From assembly GCF_001017655.1 (NCBI RefSeq), contig NZ_CP010904.1, forward strand, positions 270,001 to 302,000: a stretch of 32,000 bases of DNA, given 5' to 3'. The notes below the pieces were generated by a model. That model was not told the origin of the DNA, did no database searches, and worked only from the letters and a program-made list of their open reading frames with translations. Origin of the DNA: Kiritimatiella glycovorans. GTDB taxonomy: Bacteria > Verrucomicrobiota > Kiritimatiellia > Kiritimatiellales > Kiritimatiellaceae. The position numbers and the translations under genes were made by a program. Of this stretch, positions 9,546 through 16,683 are shown piece after piece. The stretch's first letter is position 1. Each line of letters begins with the position of its first letter.

Positions 9546-9828
9546 AGTTTTTGAGAAGGCGGTCGCGAATAGAAAGTCGTTCGGGGAAAAGGGCGGGGTG
9601 CGGAAGATCAGGGAAAGCGTAGAATCGAGATCGTGGGGAGAGAATGGGATTCACCATGAAGGCCATGAAGAGCATGAAGGGGTGAACACAATTCGTACTC
9701 TTACTCGTACGCGTACTCGGAGCGCCGAAGGCGCGATCCCCCTCCCCGTGTTCAAGGAACTCGAGTACGAATTATGTTCTCTCTGAATCCCGATTTCGAG
9801 TTCCCATCCGTGTCCTCGGTGTAATCCG
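9546..9828 (+). repeat. Composite extragenic element: purine-rich 6-nt periodic tract, 3 x 9-nt block, GTAC-rich palindromic core, then an inverted 9-nt module interrupted by the intron
   Basis: An AGTTTTTGAG start at 9546. ATGAAGGCC ATGAAGAGC ATGAAGGGG at 9656-9682. Perfect 11-bp arms AATTCGTACTC (9690-9700) and GAGTACGAATT (9763-9773) enclose the hairpin GCGCC-GAA-GGCGC (9722-9734). About 62 of 68 aligned positions are identical to 22604-22671. Confidence 0.75.
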
Positions 9829-10306
9829 GTGCGCCAAGCAAAGCTTGGCTGTTTCTAACTGAATGAAAGGAGTCAGTCGTGTGAATTGATCGTTGCACAT
9901 GTAGCCGACCCAGCGGTGATCGGGGGTAACCCCGGCGTCGAAGCCTGGGAAGGCGAACGCGTGAGCCGTAGCGAAAGCGAACTTGATTCAGCCTCGTTAC
10001 ACAAGCCGAGGGCGGCCAGCCTATCGGATATGATGAAGCCAGCACTTGTCGGGAAGGAACGGTCATAAGCACCGGCAAGGCCCTCCGGGGTAACAAGAGA
10101 CGGCGCGCGCAGAAAGAACAGCCAGGAACTTGGGAGGCCCGCCGTGATGTCGGGTAAGCCGACAAGCCCGTGGGGGAATCAATAACCTCGGGGGTGATCG
10201 CGTGCGGGAGTCGGAGAGGCTCGTAGTAGTGATGAAGCGGGGTAATGCCCGTGGAGCGAAGGGGTCTCGGCGGAAGACGAGCTGAGTAAGAAGCGCGGGG
10301 GACTGA

Positions 10307-11650
10307 TTGGTGAAACCTATGACAGAAGAAGCGACGGAGTACTATCGCATTGACGACAGACTCTTGCCGCCGAAACTCGCCGCGCTGAGACAGAAGCTGA
10401 GTCAGAAGGCCAAACAGGAGAAGCGGTTTCGCTTCTACAGTCTCTATGGCCACATTGGCCGGGCCGACACTCTGCTGGCGGCATGGAAACATGTACGCGC
10501 CAACGGCGGAAAAGAAGGCCCCGATGGTGTGACCATCGAGGACATCGAACAGAGTCAAGGAGGAGTCGAAGCCTTCTTGGCGGATATTGAACGCAGCCTG
10601 AAGGATCGAACCTACCGTGCTGGAAAAGTGCGGCGGGTCTACATCCAGAAGGTGAACGGGAAACTCCGTCCCTTGGGAATACCCTCGGTGCGGGATCGGG
10701 TCGTGCAGACCGCTACGGTTCTGATATTGGAACCGATCTTTGAAGCTGACTTCAAGGATTGCTCCCATGGGTTCCGGCCTGAGCGCTCGGCGCATGATGC
10801 GTTGAAGGCGATTGGACAGGAGCTCCGGCAAGGGCGGTGTGCGGTGTATGATGCGGATCTGGCCGGCTATTTCGACAGTATTCCACACGACAAGCTCATC
10901 GCTTGTGTGCAGATGCGTGTCACCGACCGGTCCGTGCTGAAGCTGATCCGAATGTGGCTGAAAGCGCCGGTAGAGGAAACGGAGAAAGGCAAACCGCCGA
11001 CCGTGAAGCGCAACGACAAGGGCACGCCGCAAGGCGGGGTCATTTCGCCGCTTCTGGCCAACATCTATCTGCACTGGTTCGATGCGGTGTTTTACCGCAA
11101 AGACGGACCGGCACGGTGGGCGAAGGCCAAACTGGTGAGGTACGCCGATGACTTCGTGGTCCTCGCCCGGTATATCGGTCCGCAACTCGAAGCGTTCATC
11201 GAAGCCAAGATAGAAGGGTGGCTCGGGCTGAAGATCAACCGGGACAAGACCCGGATACTCGATGCTCGGGAACCGGGGCAGACGCTGGACTTTCTCGGAT
11301 ATAGCTTCCGCTATGACCGGGACCTCGGCGGACGCCCGTGCCGGTACTGGAACCTGACACCGTCGCGGAAAGCGCTCCAACGGGAACGTGATCGGCTTCG
11401 GGAGATGACCGGACCGGAACAATGCTTCAAACCTCTGCCGACGGTGATCGACGAACTCAACATGCAAATGCGAGGATGGGCAAACTACTTCTCGCTGGGT
11501 TATCCGCGTGTGGCATTCCGCCACGTCAATGGATACGTGCGACAGCGTCTCACGCGACATGCGAAACGACGCAGTCAGCGCGGCTACTGGCCCCCTGAAG
11601 GTATGAGCTACTACGCGCATTTCAAGAACATGGGACTGATCTACCTGTGA
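10307..11650 (+). CDS. Group II intron reverse transcriptase/maturase (no endonuclease domain evident)
   Basis: RT motifs [54 protein letters not shown] and the YADD box ([11 protein letters not shown]). The C-terminal X/maturase region has RGWANYF. The ORF opens at TTG 10307; ATG 10319 (MTEEATEYY) is the likelier start. Confidence 0.93.
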   Translation: MVKPMTEEATEYYRIDDRLLPPKLAALRQKLSQKAKQEKRFRFYSLYGHIGRADTLLAAWKHVRANGGKEGPDGVTIEDIEQSQGGVEAFLADIERSLKDRTYRAGKVRRVYIQKVNGKLRPLGIPSVRDRVVQTATVLILEPIFEADFKDCSHGFRPERSAHDALKAIGQELRQGRCAVYDADLAGYFDSIPHDKLIACVQMRVTDRSVLKLIRMWLKAPVEETEKGKPPTVKRNDKGTPQGGVISPLLANIYLHWFDAVFYRKDGPARWAKAKLVRYADDFVVLARYIGPQLEAFIEAKIEGWLGLKINRDKTRILDAREPGQTLDFLGYSFRYDRDLGGRPCRYWNLTPSRKALQRERDRLREMTGPEQCFKPLPTVIDELNMQMRGWANYFSLGYPRVAFRHVNGYVRQRLTRHAKRRSQRGYWPPEGMSYYAHFKNMGLIYL

Positions 11651-11676
11651 AACCATCCAACAAATGCCTTCCGCGA

Positions 11677-11709
11677 GAGCCGGATGCGGGAAATCCGCAT
11701 GTCCGGTTC
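11677..11709 (+). ncRNA. Group II intron domain V (catalytic hairpin)
   Basis: GAGCCGGAUGCGGGAAAUCCGCAUGUCCGGUUC. It has the AGC triad, a 2-nt bulge on the 3' strand, a GAAA-type loop and a canonical length of 33-34 nt. Confidence 0.8.
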
Positions 11710-11834
11710 GACGAGGGGGAGGGCAGTCCGCGGTCATTGGCTATACGCCTCTCATCCCGTGGCTCCCTCTCTACTCTACTGGTCGAAAACACAAGAAAGG
11801 TCTTACTTACAGGGGTCCGATCCCGTTTAGTTTA

Positions 11835-11919
11835 TTGTCGGTATGGGGAGGCGGCTACGGAAATGGAAAGGGATCGGAAGCAGAGTTTCTGAAACCGGCA
11901 TGACTTCGGCCTTTTCGTG
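11835..11919 (+). repeat. 85-bp direct repeat, copy 2
   Basis: 82 of 85 positions identical to 8152-8236. Confidence 0.9.
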
Positions 11920-11941
11920 CGCCTGATGGTTCTGCCGTCCG

Positions 11942-12265
11942 TCAGAGGTCCAGCTGCGTCGCGACTGCCTGCGCAACACGCTCCATATCGGCGGGCGATA
12001 GTGCTCCTGATTTCTTGATCAGGCGTTTCTTGCTGACCGTGGTCAACTGATCTGCCATCGCCTTGGATCGGTTGCTGCGGTACGTCACGTATGCTTCGCT
12101 TGGGTAGAGCTTTCCGGTTGAACTTGTCAGCGGCACGACTTGCACACGATTCAGAAATCTGTTGGCCGCGTCGTTGCTGACGATGACGGCCGGACGCTGC
12201 TTGCGTATCTCCCCGCCGACTGAGGGATCGAAGTTGATCCACCAGACTTCAGCTCTCTTCATCAC
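11942..12265 (-). CDS. Type II toxin, MazF/PemK family endoribonuclease
   Basis: MMKRAEVWWINFDPSVGGEIRKQRPAVIVSND...VVPLTS...AMADQLTTVSKKRL. This is the canonical PemK/MazF signature. The gene overlaps the upstream antitoxin gene by 17 nt. Confidence 0.88.
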   Translation of the reverse strand: MMKRAEVWWINFDPSVGGEIRKQRPAVIVSNDAANRFLNRVQVVPLTSSTGKLYPSEAYVTYRSNRSKAMADQLTTVSKKRLIKKSGALSPADMERVAQAVATQLDL

Positions 12266-12479
12266 TCACGTCCCCGCAGGTCGACTCTGCCCACTCCAGA
12301 GCTTCAGATTCCCGGACGCGGTCTGCACCCATGGTGCGGTAGCCCTCGTACAAGTCTTTCTCCAGCACATGCGGCCGCACGAGATCCTCCACGAAGTGGC
12401 TTATCTTGCGCGGGCCAACGACCCGCCGCAGGCCATCGTACACCTCCTCGTCAATCGTAAGAGTCAGCTTTTTCCGCAT
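12249..12479 (-). CDS. Cognate antitoxin (MazE-like partner, probable RHH-type N-terminus)
   Basis: 76 aa. The N-terminus MRKKLTLTIDEEVYDGLRR is typical of small DNA-binding antitoxins, and the C-terminus is acidic. It sits immediately upstream of the MazF-family gene and overlaps it. An AGAGG RBS is present. Confidence 0.7.
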   Translation of the reverse strand: MRKKLTLTIDEEVYDGLRRVVGPRKISHFVEDLVRPHVLEKDLYEGYRTMGADRVRESEALEWAESTCGDVSDEES

Positions 12480-12508
12480 TGAACATCACCTCTTTTGTGT
12501 TTACACGT

Positions 12509-12537
12509 ATAATACACGTGCACGGTGGGTGCGTCAA
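12509..12537 (-). promoter_or_regulatory. Candidate sigma70-type promoter with operator repeats for the mazEF-like operon
   Basis: The minus strand reads TTGACG - 17 nt - TATTAT. ACGTGT hexamers lie on both sides of the -10 (ACACGT at 12503-12508 and 12514-12519 on the plus strand). The -10 is about 30 nt upstream of the antitoxin ATG. Confidence 0.5.
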
Positions 12538-12694
12538 AAGGGGAAAGGTTCCAGATCTGCAGCCCAAGTGCTTTCGCGGCATCGAGGGAGGAGTTCTTTG
12601 TCTGCCCCCCTCGATTCGCGCCGGATATGACCGCAATGGAATATCACCGCTCCCGCATCTTCCGCGACTGATCGCTGGCGGCGGAGGTGGGTTA

Positions 12695-12767
<73 letters not shown>

Positions 12768-12774
12768 GCGCGAG

Positions 12775-12803
12775 AATGTAAGGATTCCGTTCGGAGGATG
12801 CAA
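12775..12803 (-). promoter_or_regulatory. Candidate sigma70-type promoter of tRNA-Lys
   Basis: The minus strand reads TTGCAT - 17 nt - TACATT, then 7 nt to the first tRNA base. Confidence 0.5.
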
Positions 12804-12815
12804 CCCGGAAGGGGG

Positions 12816-13060
12816 GAGTTTTTTGAGTGGGAGGGTGTTTTGAGTGGGAGGGCTGAAACCTGAAACCTGAGTAAGAAGTTAGAGTCAGAATCAGAGTCAG
12901 AGTCAGAATCAGAGTCAGAGTAAGAGTAAGAGGGAGTGAGAAGCCTGAGTTTTTGAGTGGGAGGGCTGAGACCTGAAACCTGAGTAAGAAGTTAGAGTCA
13001 GAATCAGAATCAGAGTCAGAGTAAGAGGGAGTGAGAAGTCTGAGTTTTTGAGTGGAGAAT
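12816..13060 (+). repeat. Tandem repeat block: units of about 95-112 bp (GAGTTTTTGAGTGGGAGGGCTGA.ACCTGAAACCTGAGTAAGAAGTTAG...), each containing a variable hexamer array (AGTCAG/AATCAG/AGTAAG)
   Basis: Unit starts were read at about 12816 (short unit), 12836, 12947 and 13042 (truncated). Unit 1 has 8 hexamers before AGGGAG and unit 2 has 5. The plus strand is strongly purine-rich. Confidence 0.85.
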
Positions 13061-13065
13061 AAGAG

Positions 13066-13132
13066 CTATCGGAATCGAGTTTCACTGCAGAGATCACAGA
13101 ACACGGAAAGAGCAGAGAACATTTTGATTCCG
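13066..13132 (+). repeat. TTCAC / 9-nt periodic module closed by a GGAATC...GATTCC stem
   Basis: CTATCGGAATCGAG-TTTCACTGCAGAGATCACAGAACACGGAAAGAGCAGAGAACAT-TTTGATTCCG. It parallels CTATCGAAATCGGG-CTTCACCACAGAGAACAT-GATTCG at 22571-22608. Confidence 0.65.
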
Positions 13133-13139
13133 GCGCGGC

Positions 13140-16100
13140 TCATTCGTCCAGCGTTTCGCGGACGCGTTCGGCGAGGGTCTGAATGGAGAAGGGTTTGGGG
13201 ATGAAGCGGACGCCTTCGTCCAGCACGTGGTGGTGGGCGATGGCGTTGGCGGTGTAGCCGGACATATAGAGCACCTTGATCCCGGGGTGCAGGCGCTGAA
13301 CTTTTCCGGCCAGGTCCTTGCCGCTCATGCCGGGCATCACCACGTCGGTCAGCATCAGATCGACCTGTTCGTTGTGGTCTGCGAGCACGGTCAGCGCTTC
13401 ATCCCCGCCGTGCGCCGTGAGTACCTCGTATCCGAGCTGAGCCAGCATCGTCGATCCGAACTGTAAAACGGAGGTGTCGTCTTCGACGAGCAGGATCGTC
13501 TCGCCGCCGCGGGGGGCCTGCCGGTCGTCCTCCGACGGGGTGTGTTCGGCGGCGTCGCCTTTGTGACGAGAGAGATAGATTCTGAAGGTCGTACCCTCTT
13601 CGGGTTCGCTGTAGACGTTGATGAATCCGTTGTTCTGCTTCACGATCCCGAATACCGTGGCCAGCCCCAGGCCGGTGCCTTCGCCGACGCCCTTGGTGGT
13701 GTAGAACGGATCGAAGATGTGTTCCCGGGTCTCCTCGCTCATCCCGCAGCCGTTATCGCTTACCCCCAGCATCACGTAGTCGCCCGGTTTGAATCCGGGA
13801 TGCTCGTCGCAGTAGGTCTCGTTAAACGAGACGTTTCGCGTCTCGATCGTGACCATGCCCACCCCGTCGATCGCATCGCGCGCGTTCACGCAGAGGTTGG
13901 CCAGAATCTGGTCGATCTGGGTGGGATCGAGGTTGACGGGCCACAGCTTCTCCGACGGCTGCCAGGCGAGGTCGATATCCTCGCCGATCAGGTGGCGCAG
14001 CATCTTCAGCATCCCCGTGATGGTGTCGTTGAGGCTGATCACTCTGGGGACGATGGTCTGGCGGCGCGCGAAGGCGAGGAGCTGGCGCGTGAGGTCCGCG
14101 GACCGCTCCGCGGCGCGGCGCAGTTCCTCGAGGTGCTCGCGCAGCTCGAGATGGTCGCCGGCCTCGGCCAGCGCCAGTTCAGCGTACCCCATGATCGACT
14201 GCAGCTTATTGTTGTAGTCGTGCGCGACGCCACCTGCCAGGCGGCCGATCGACTCCATCTTCTGGGCCTGGCGGTACTGGTTTTCCAGTGCGATCTCGCT
14301 GGTGATGTCCCGCTTGACGGCCACGTAATTGACGATGTTTCCGCGCGGGTCCAGTACCGGCGAGATGGTGGCCTCTTCCGTATACTGCGTCCCGTCTTTA
14401 CGCTGGTTGACGAAGTTTCCCTGCCACGTCCGCCCTTCCGTAATCGTGGCCCAAAGGGTCTCGTAGAAGGCCCGGTCGTGTTTCCCGCTCTTGTGGATGG
14501 CGGGGGTCTTCCCGAGGGCCTCGTCGCGGGAGTAGCCGGTGACCCGTTCGAACGCGGGATTCATATAGAGGTAGTGCGCGTCCGCATCAGTGACGACGAT
14601 GCTTTCCTCGGTATGCTCGATCGCGGTCATCAGCCGTTCCAGTTCCATTTCGCGCTTCCGGCGTGCGGTGATGTCCGTAGTGAACCCGTCGATCGTGAAC
14701 GGGCCGTCCTCGCGCCGACCCGAGATGCGTGCGTTCATCGAGAGCCATAGCTCTTTCCCCCCTTCGCCGCGGGCCTCATATTCGAAGTTTTCCACGTGTC
14801 CGTGTTTTTTCAGCAGGTGGAGGAATTCGGCCCTTCGTTCGGGACGGGCGTAGAGTTCGGCCCCCAGGTCCCGGAGTTCTTCGACGGCCTGCCGCCCCGA
14901 GTGAAACCCAAGCATCCGGGCCATGGCCGGGTTGGCGGCGAGGACATTCCCGACCGAGGTGGTGGTAAAGATCCCGATCGGCGCCGTCTCGAAGAGGGTT
15001 CGGAATCGCTGTTCGCTTTCCTCCAGCGCCTCGCGCGCGCGCCGTTCCTCGGTCTGGTCGCGGAAGACGAGCACGACGCCCGATACGGTTCCTGCGTCAT
15101 CACAGATCGGCGCGCCGGAGTCGGCGATCGGGCGTTCGGTGCCGTCGCGGGCGACCAGGACGGTATGGTTCGCGAGCCCCGCCACCTTATTCTCGCGCAG
15201 CACGCGGTCGACGGGATTCTCGACCTCCGCGCGCGTATGTTCGTTGACGATCTGAAAGATGTCGTGGAGATCCCGCCCCAGAACCTCGTCCTGTGTCCAG
15301 CCGGTGAGGGTCTCGGCCACGGCATTCACCAGTTCGATGCGGCCTTCCGCGTCCGTCACGATAACCCCGTCGCCGATACTGCGCAGGGTGGTCCCGTAGC
15401 GCGTTTCGCTGCGCCTTCTCGCGCGCTCCGCCTCGTAGCGCGCGCGGTAGTGGAGCTTCCGTGAGCGCTGGACGACCACGTAGCCGCCGATGACCACCCC
15501 CGCGGCGAGCCCCAGCGTCAGCAGAAAGACCATCAGCGTCTCGCGGCGCATGGTGGCGAAGGCCTCGGCGGTGTCGATTTTGGCGACCATGGCCCAGGGG
15601 GAGTCAGGAATAGTCCGCGTCACCGAGAGCACATCCTCGCCGCGGTAATCCTTTCCGCGCATCACGCCCGAGTATCCCTGCAGCGCCCGGGTCGCCGGGA
15701 GGTTGGTGCGGCTCATCGGCAGCCGGAAGTTCAGCGCGGTATTTTCCCGGTGGCGGAGTTCGTTCAGGAACAGGACCTGGTCCCCTTGCCGCCTGACCAG
15801 GACGATCTCGGCGGTCTCGCTCGGCGTGGGCCAGGACTGGATGAGCGGGTAGAGGTAATCGCGGGCGTCGCAGATGAGGATCACGGCGCCGAACGGGGGG
15901 GCGTCTTCGCCGTGATCCGGGAAGAGCGGGGCCACGACGCTCAGGTGGGGGGTATCGACGAGCTGGCCGCGGTGCATGCCCAGGATTTCCGGCCTGCGTT
16001 CGCGGGCGGCCAGCCGGAACGTATCGCGCGCGGCCTCCAGGTTGGACGCCGGCCACTCGCCGAGGCGGAAGCGCACCCGGAGATTGGTGTCCACGAGCAG

Positions 16101-16424
16101 TACCTCGGAGTAATCGTATCGCTCGGACAGGCTTCTGAATAAGGTCTCCAGCTCCGCGCGTCCGCCGCCGTCCGGGTCCCTGATCCACCGTTCGGCATGT
16201 GCGGTGAAGAAGGGGTTTTCCATGAGCACGCCCCCGTCGCTGACGCGTTCCTTGAGCCACAGGGAAAGCTCGAACACCTTGAGGTCCGCGATCGCGGTGA
16301 GGTCCTTCTCGACTTCGCGGCGGAGGTCCTGCCGGAAGCTGTGCACGAAAGCTGTGCCGGTCAGTGCGAGCGCCAAGAGGGACACGGCCACGATCACTTT
16401 TATCCAGGACACCACAGGTTTCAT
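13140..16424 (-). CDS. Membrane-bound hybrid sensor histidine kinase (TM - periplasmic sensor - TM - 3x PAS - HisKA - HATPase_c - receiver)
   Basis: 1094 aa. The N-terminal TM helix is VIVAVSLLALALTG and the second is LMVFLLTLGLAAGVVIGGYVVV. The H-box is GGVAHDYNNKL, the ATP-binding boxes are NLCVNARDAI and DNGCGM...GTGLGL, and the receiver is ILLVEDD...LMLTDVVMPGMSG. Confidence 0.9.
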   Translation of the reverse strand: MKPVVSWIKVIVAVSLLALALTGTAFVHSFRQDLRREVEKDLTAIADLKVFELSLWLKERVSDGGVLMENPFFTAHAERWIRDPDGGGRAELETLFRSLSERYDYSEVLLVDTNLRVRFRLGEWPASNLEAARDTFRLAARERRPEILGMHRGQLVDTPHLSVVAPLFPDHGEDAPPFGAVILICDARDYLYPLIQSWPTPSETAEIVLVRRQGDQVLFLNELRHRENTALNFRLPMSRTNLPATRALQGYSGVMRGKDYRGEDVLSVTRTIPDSPWAMVAKIDTAEAFATMRRETLMVFLLTLGLAAGVVIGGYVVVQRSRKLHYRARYEAERARRRSETRYGTTLRSIGDGVIVTDAEGRIELVNAVAETLTGWTQDEVLGRDLHDIFQIVNEHTRAEVENPVDRVLRENKVAGLANHTVLVARDGTERPIADSGAPICDDAGTVSGVVLVFRDQTEERRAREALEESEQRFRTLFETAPIGIFTTTSVGNVLAANPAMARMLGFHSGRQAVEELRDLGAELYARPERRAEFLHLLKKHGHVENFEYEARGEGGKELWLSMNARISGRREDGPFTIDGFTTDITARRKREMELERLMTAIEHTEESIVVTDADAHYLYMNPAFERVTGYSRDEALGKTPAIHKSGKHDRAFYETLWATITEGRTWQGNFVNQRKDGTQYTEEATISPVLDPRGNIVNYVAVKRDITSEIALENQYRQAQKMESIGRLAGGVAHDYNNKLQSIMGYAELALAEAGDHLELREHLEELRRAAERSADLTRQLLAFARRQTIVPRVISLNDTITGMLKMLRHLIGEDIDLAWQPSEKLWPVNLDPTQIDQILANLCVNARDAIDGVGMVTIETRNVSFNETYCDEHPGFKPGDYVMLGVSDNGCGMSEETREHIFDPFYTTKGVGEGTGLGLATVFGIVKQNNGFINVYSEPEEGTTFRIYLSRHKGDAAEHTPSEDDRQAPRGGETILLVEDDTSVLQFGSTMLAQLGYEVLTAHGGDEALTVLADHNEQVDLMLTDVVMPGMSGKDLAGKVQRLHPGIKVLYMSGYTANAIAHHHVLDEGVRFIPKPFSIQTLAERVRETLDE

Positions 16425-16603
16425 TACCGAATCCCTTCCGCCGGGAATCCTCCCCGCGGGAGGATGTCATCATGCATGCTCATTATTTCCGGCCCGCCCC
16501 CCCGGCGTCAAGCGTGCGCGTCCGCCGCTTGCGGTGCGGCGCGGCAGATTCGAGGGAACGGATGAGATTAACCATAAGGGCAGGCTCGATTTCGCATTGT
16601 GCG

Positions 16604-16631
16604 TTGACGAAAAAAGGAATTGGTATAAGAT
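16604..16631 (+). promoter_or_regulatory. Candidate sigma70-type promoter upstream of the first GspE/PilB gene
   Basis: TTGACG (16604-16609) - 16 nt - TAAGAT (16626-16631), about 50 nt upstream of the TTG start at 16684. Confidence 0.4.
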
Positions 16632-16683
16632 GGATGTTTCGTTAATCATCACGTAAAGCGTTTTCTAACGGGGGTTCGCAGCC

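Larger units (their letters stand above)
9829..11779 (+). mobile_element. Group II intron (about 1.95 kb) with an intron-encoded RT/maturase
   Basis: The 5' end is GTGCGCC (9829). The RT ORF lies in the expected domain IV position. Canonical domain V is at 11677-11709. In domain VI, 11713-11723 pairs with 11765-11776 around bulged A 11773, which lies 7 nt from the 3' end ...CTCTAC (11779). Candidate EBS2 UACAC (9998-10002) and EBS1 CGGAU (10025-10029) complement the last 10 exon nt, GUGUA-AUCCG (9819-9828). Confidence 0.85.

Noticed and set aside
9598-9602. GTGCG at 9598 as an alternative 5' end of the group II intron
   Set aside because: It would put 710 nt before the RT ORF and would include the repeat-family modules inside the intron. 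The GTGCGCC at 9829 gives a typical 480-nt 5' segment. Its upstream 10 nt are complementary to candidate EBS2/EBS1 sequences, which the flank of 9598 is not.
9752-11737. 661-aa minus-strand ORF spanning the intron region
   Set aside because: It is antisense to the group II intron RT, whose RT0-7, YADD and X motifs are unambiguous on the plus strand. The minus-strand product has no motifs and crosses the ribozyme domains.
12816-13060. Possible CRISPR array, given the regularly repeated GAGTTTTTGAGTGGGAGGG motif
   Set aside because: Only 2 full units are present. The sequence between the motifs is itself repeated between units and is made of hexamer microsatellite, not unique spacers. There is no palindromic 28-37-bp repeat and no cas genes. 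It is a tandem repeat, not CRISPR.
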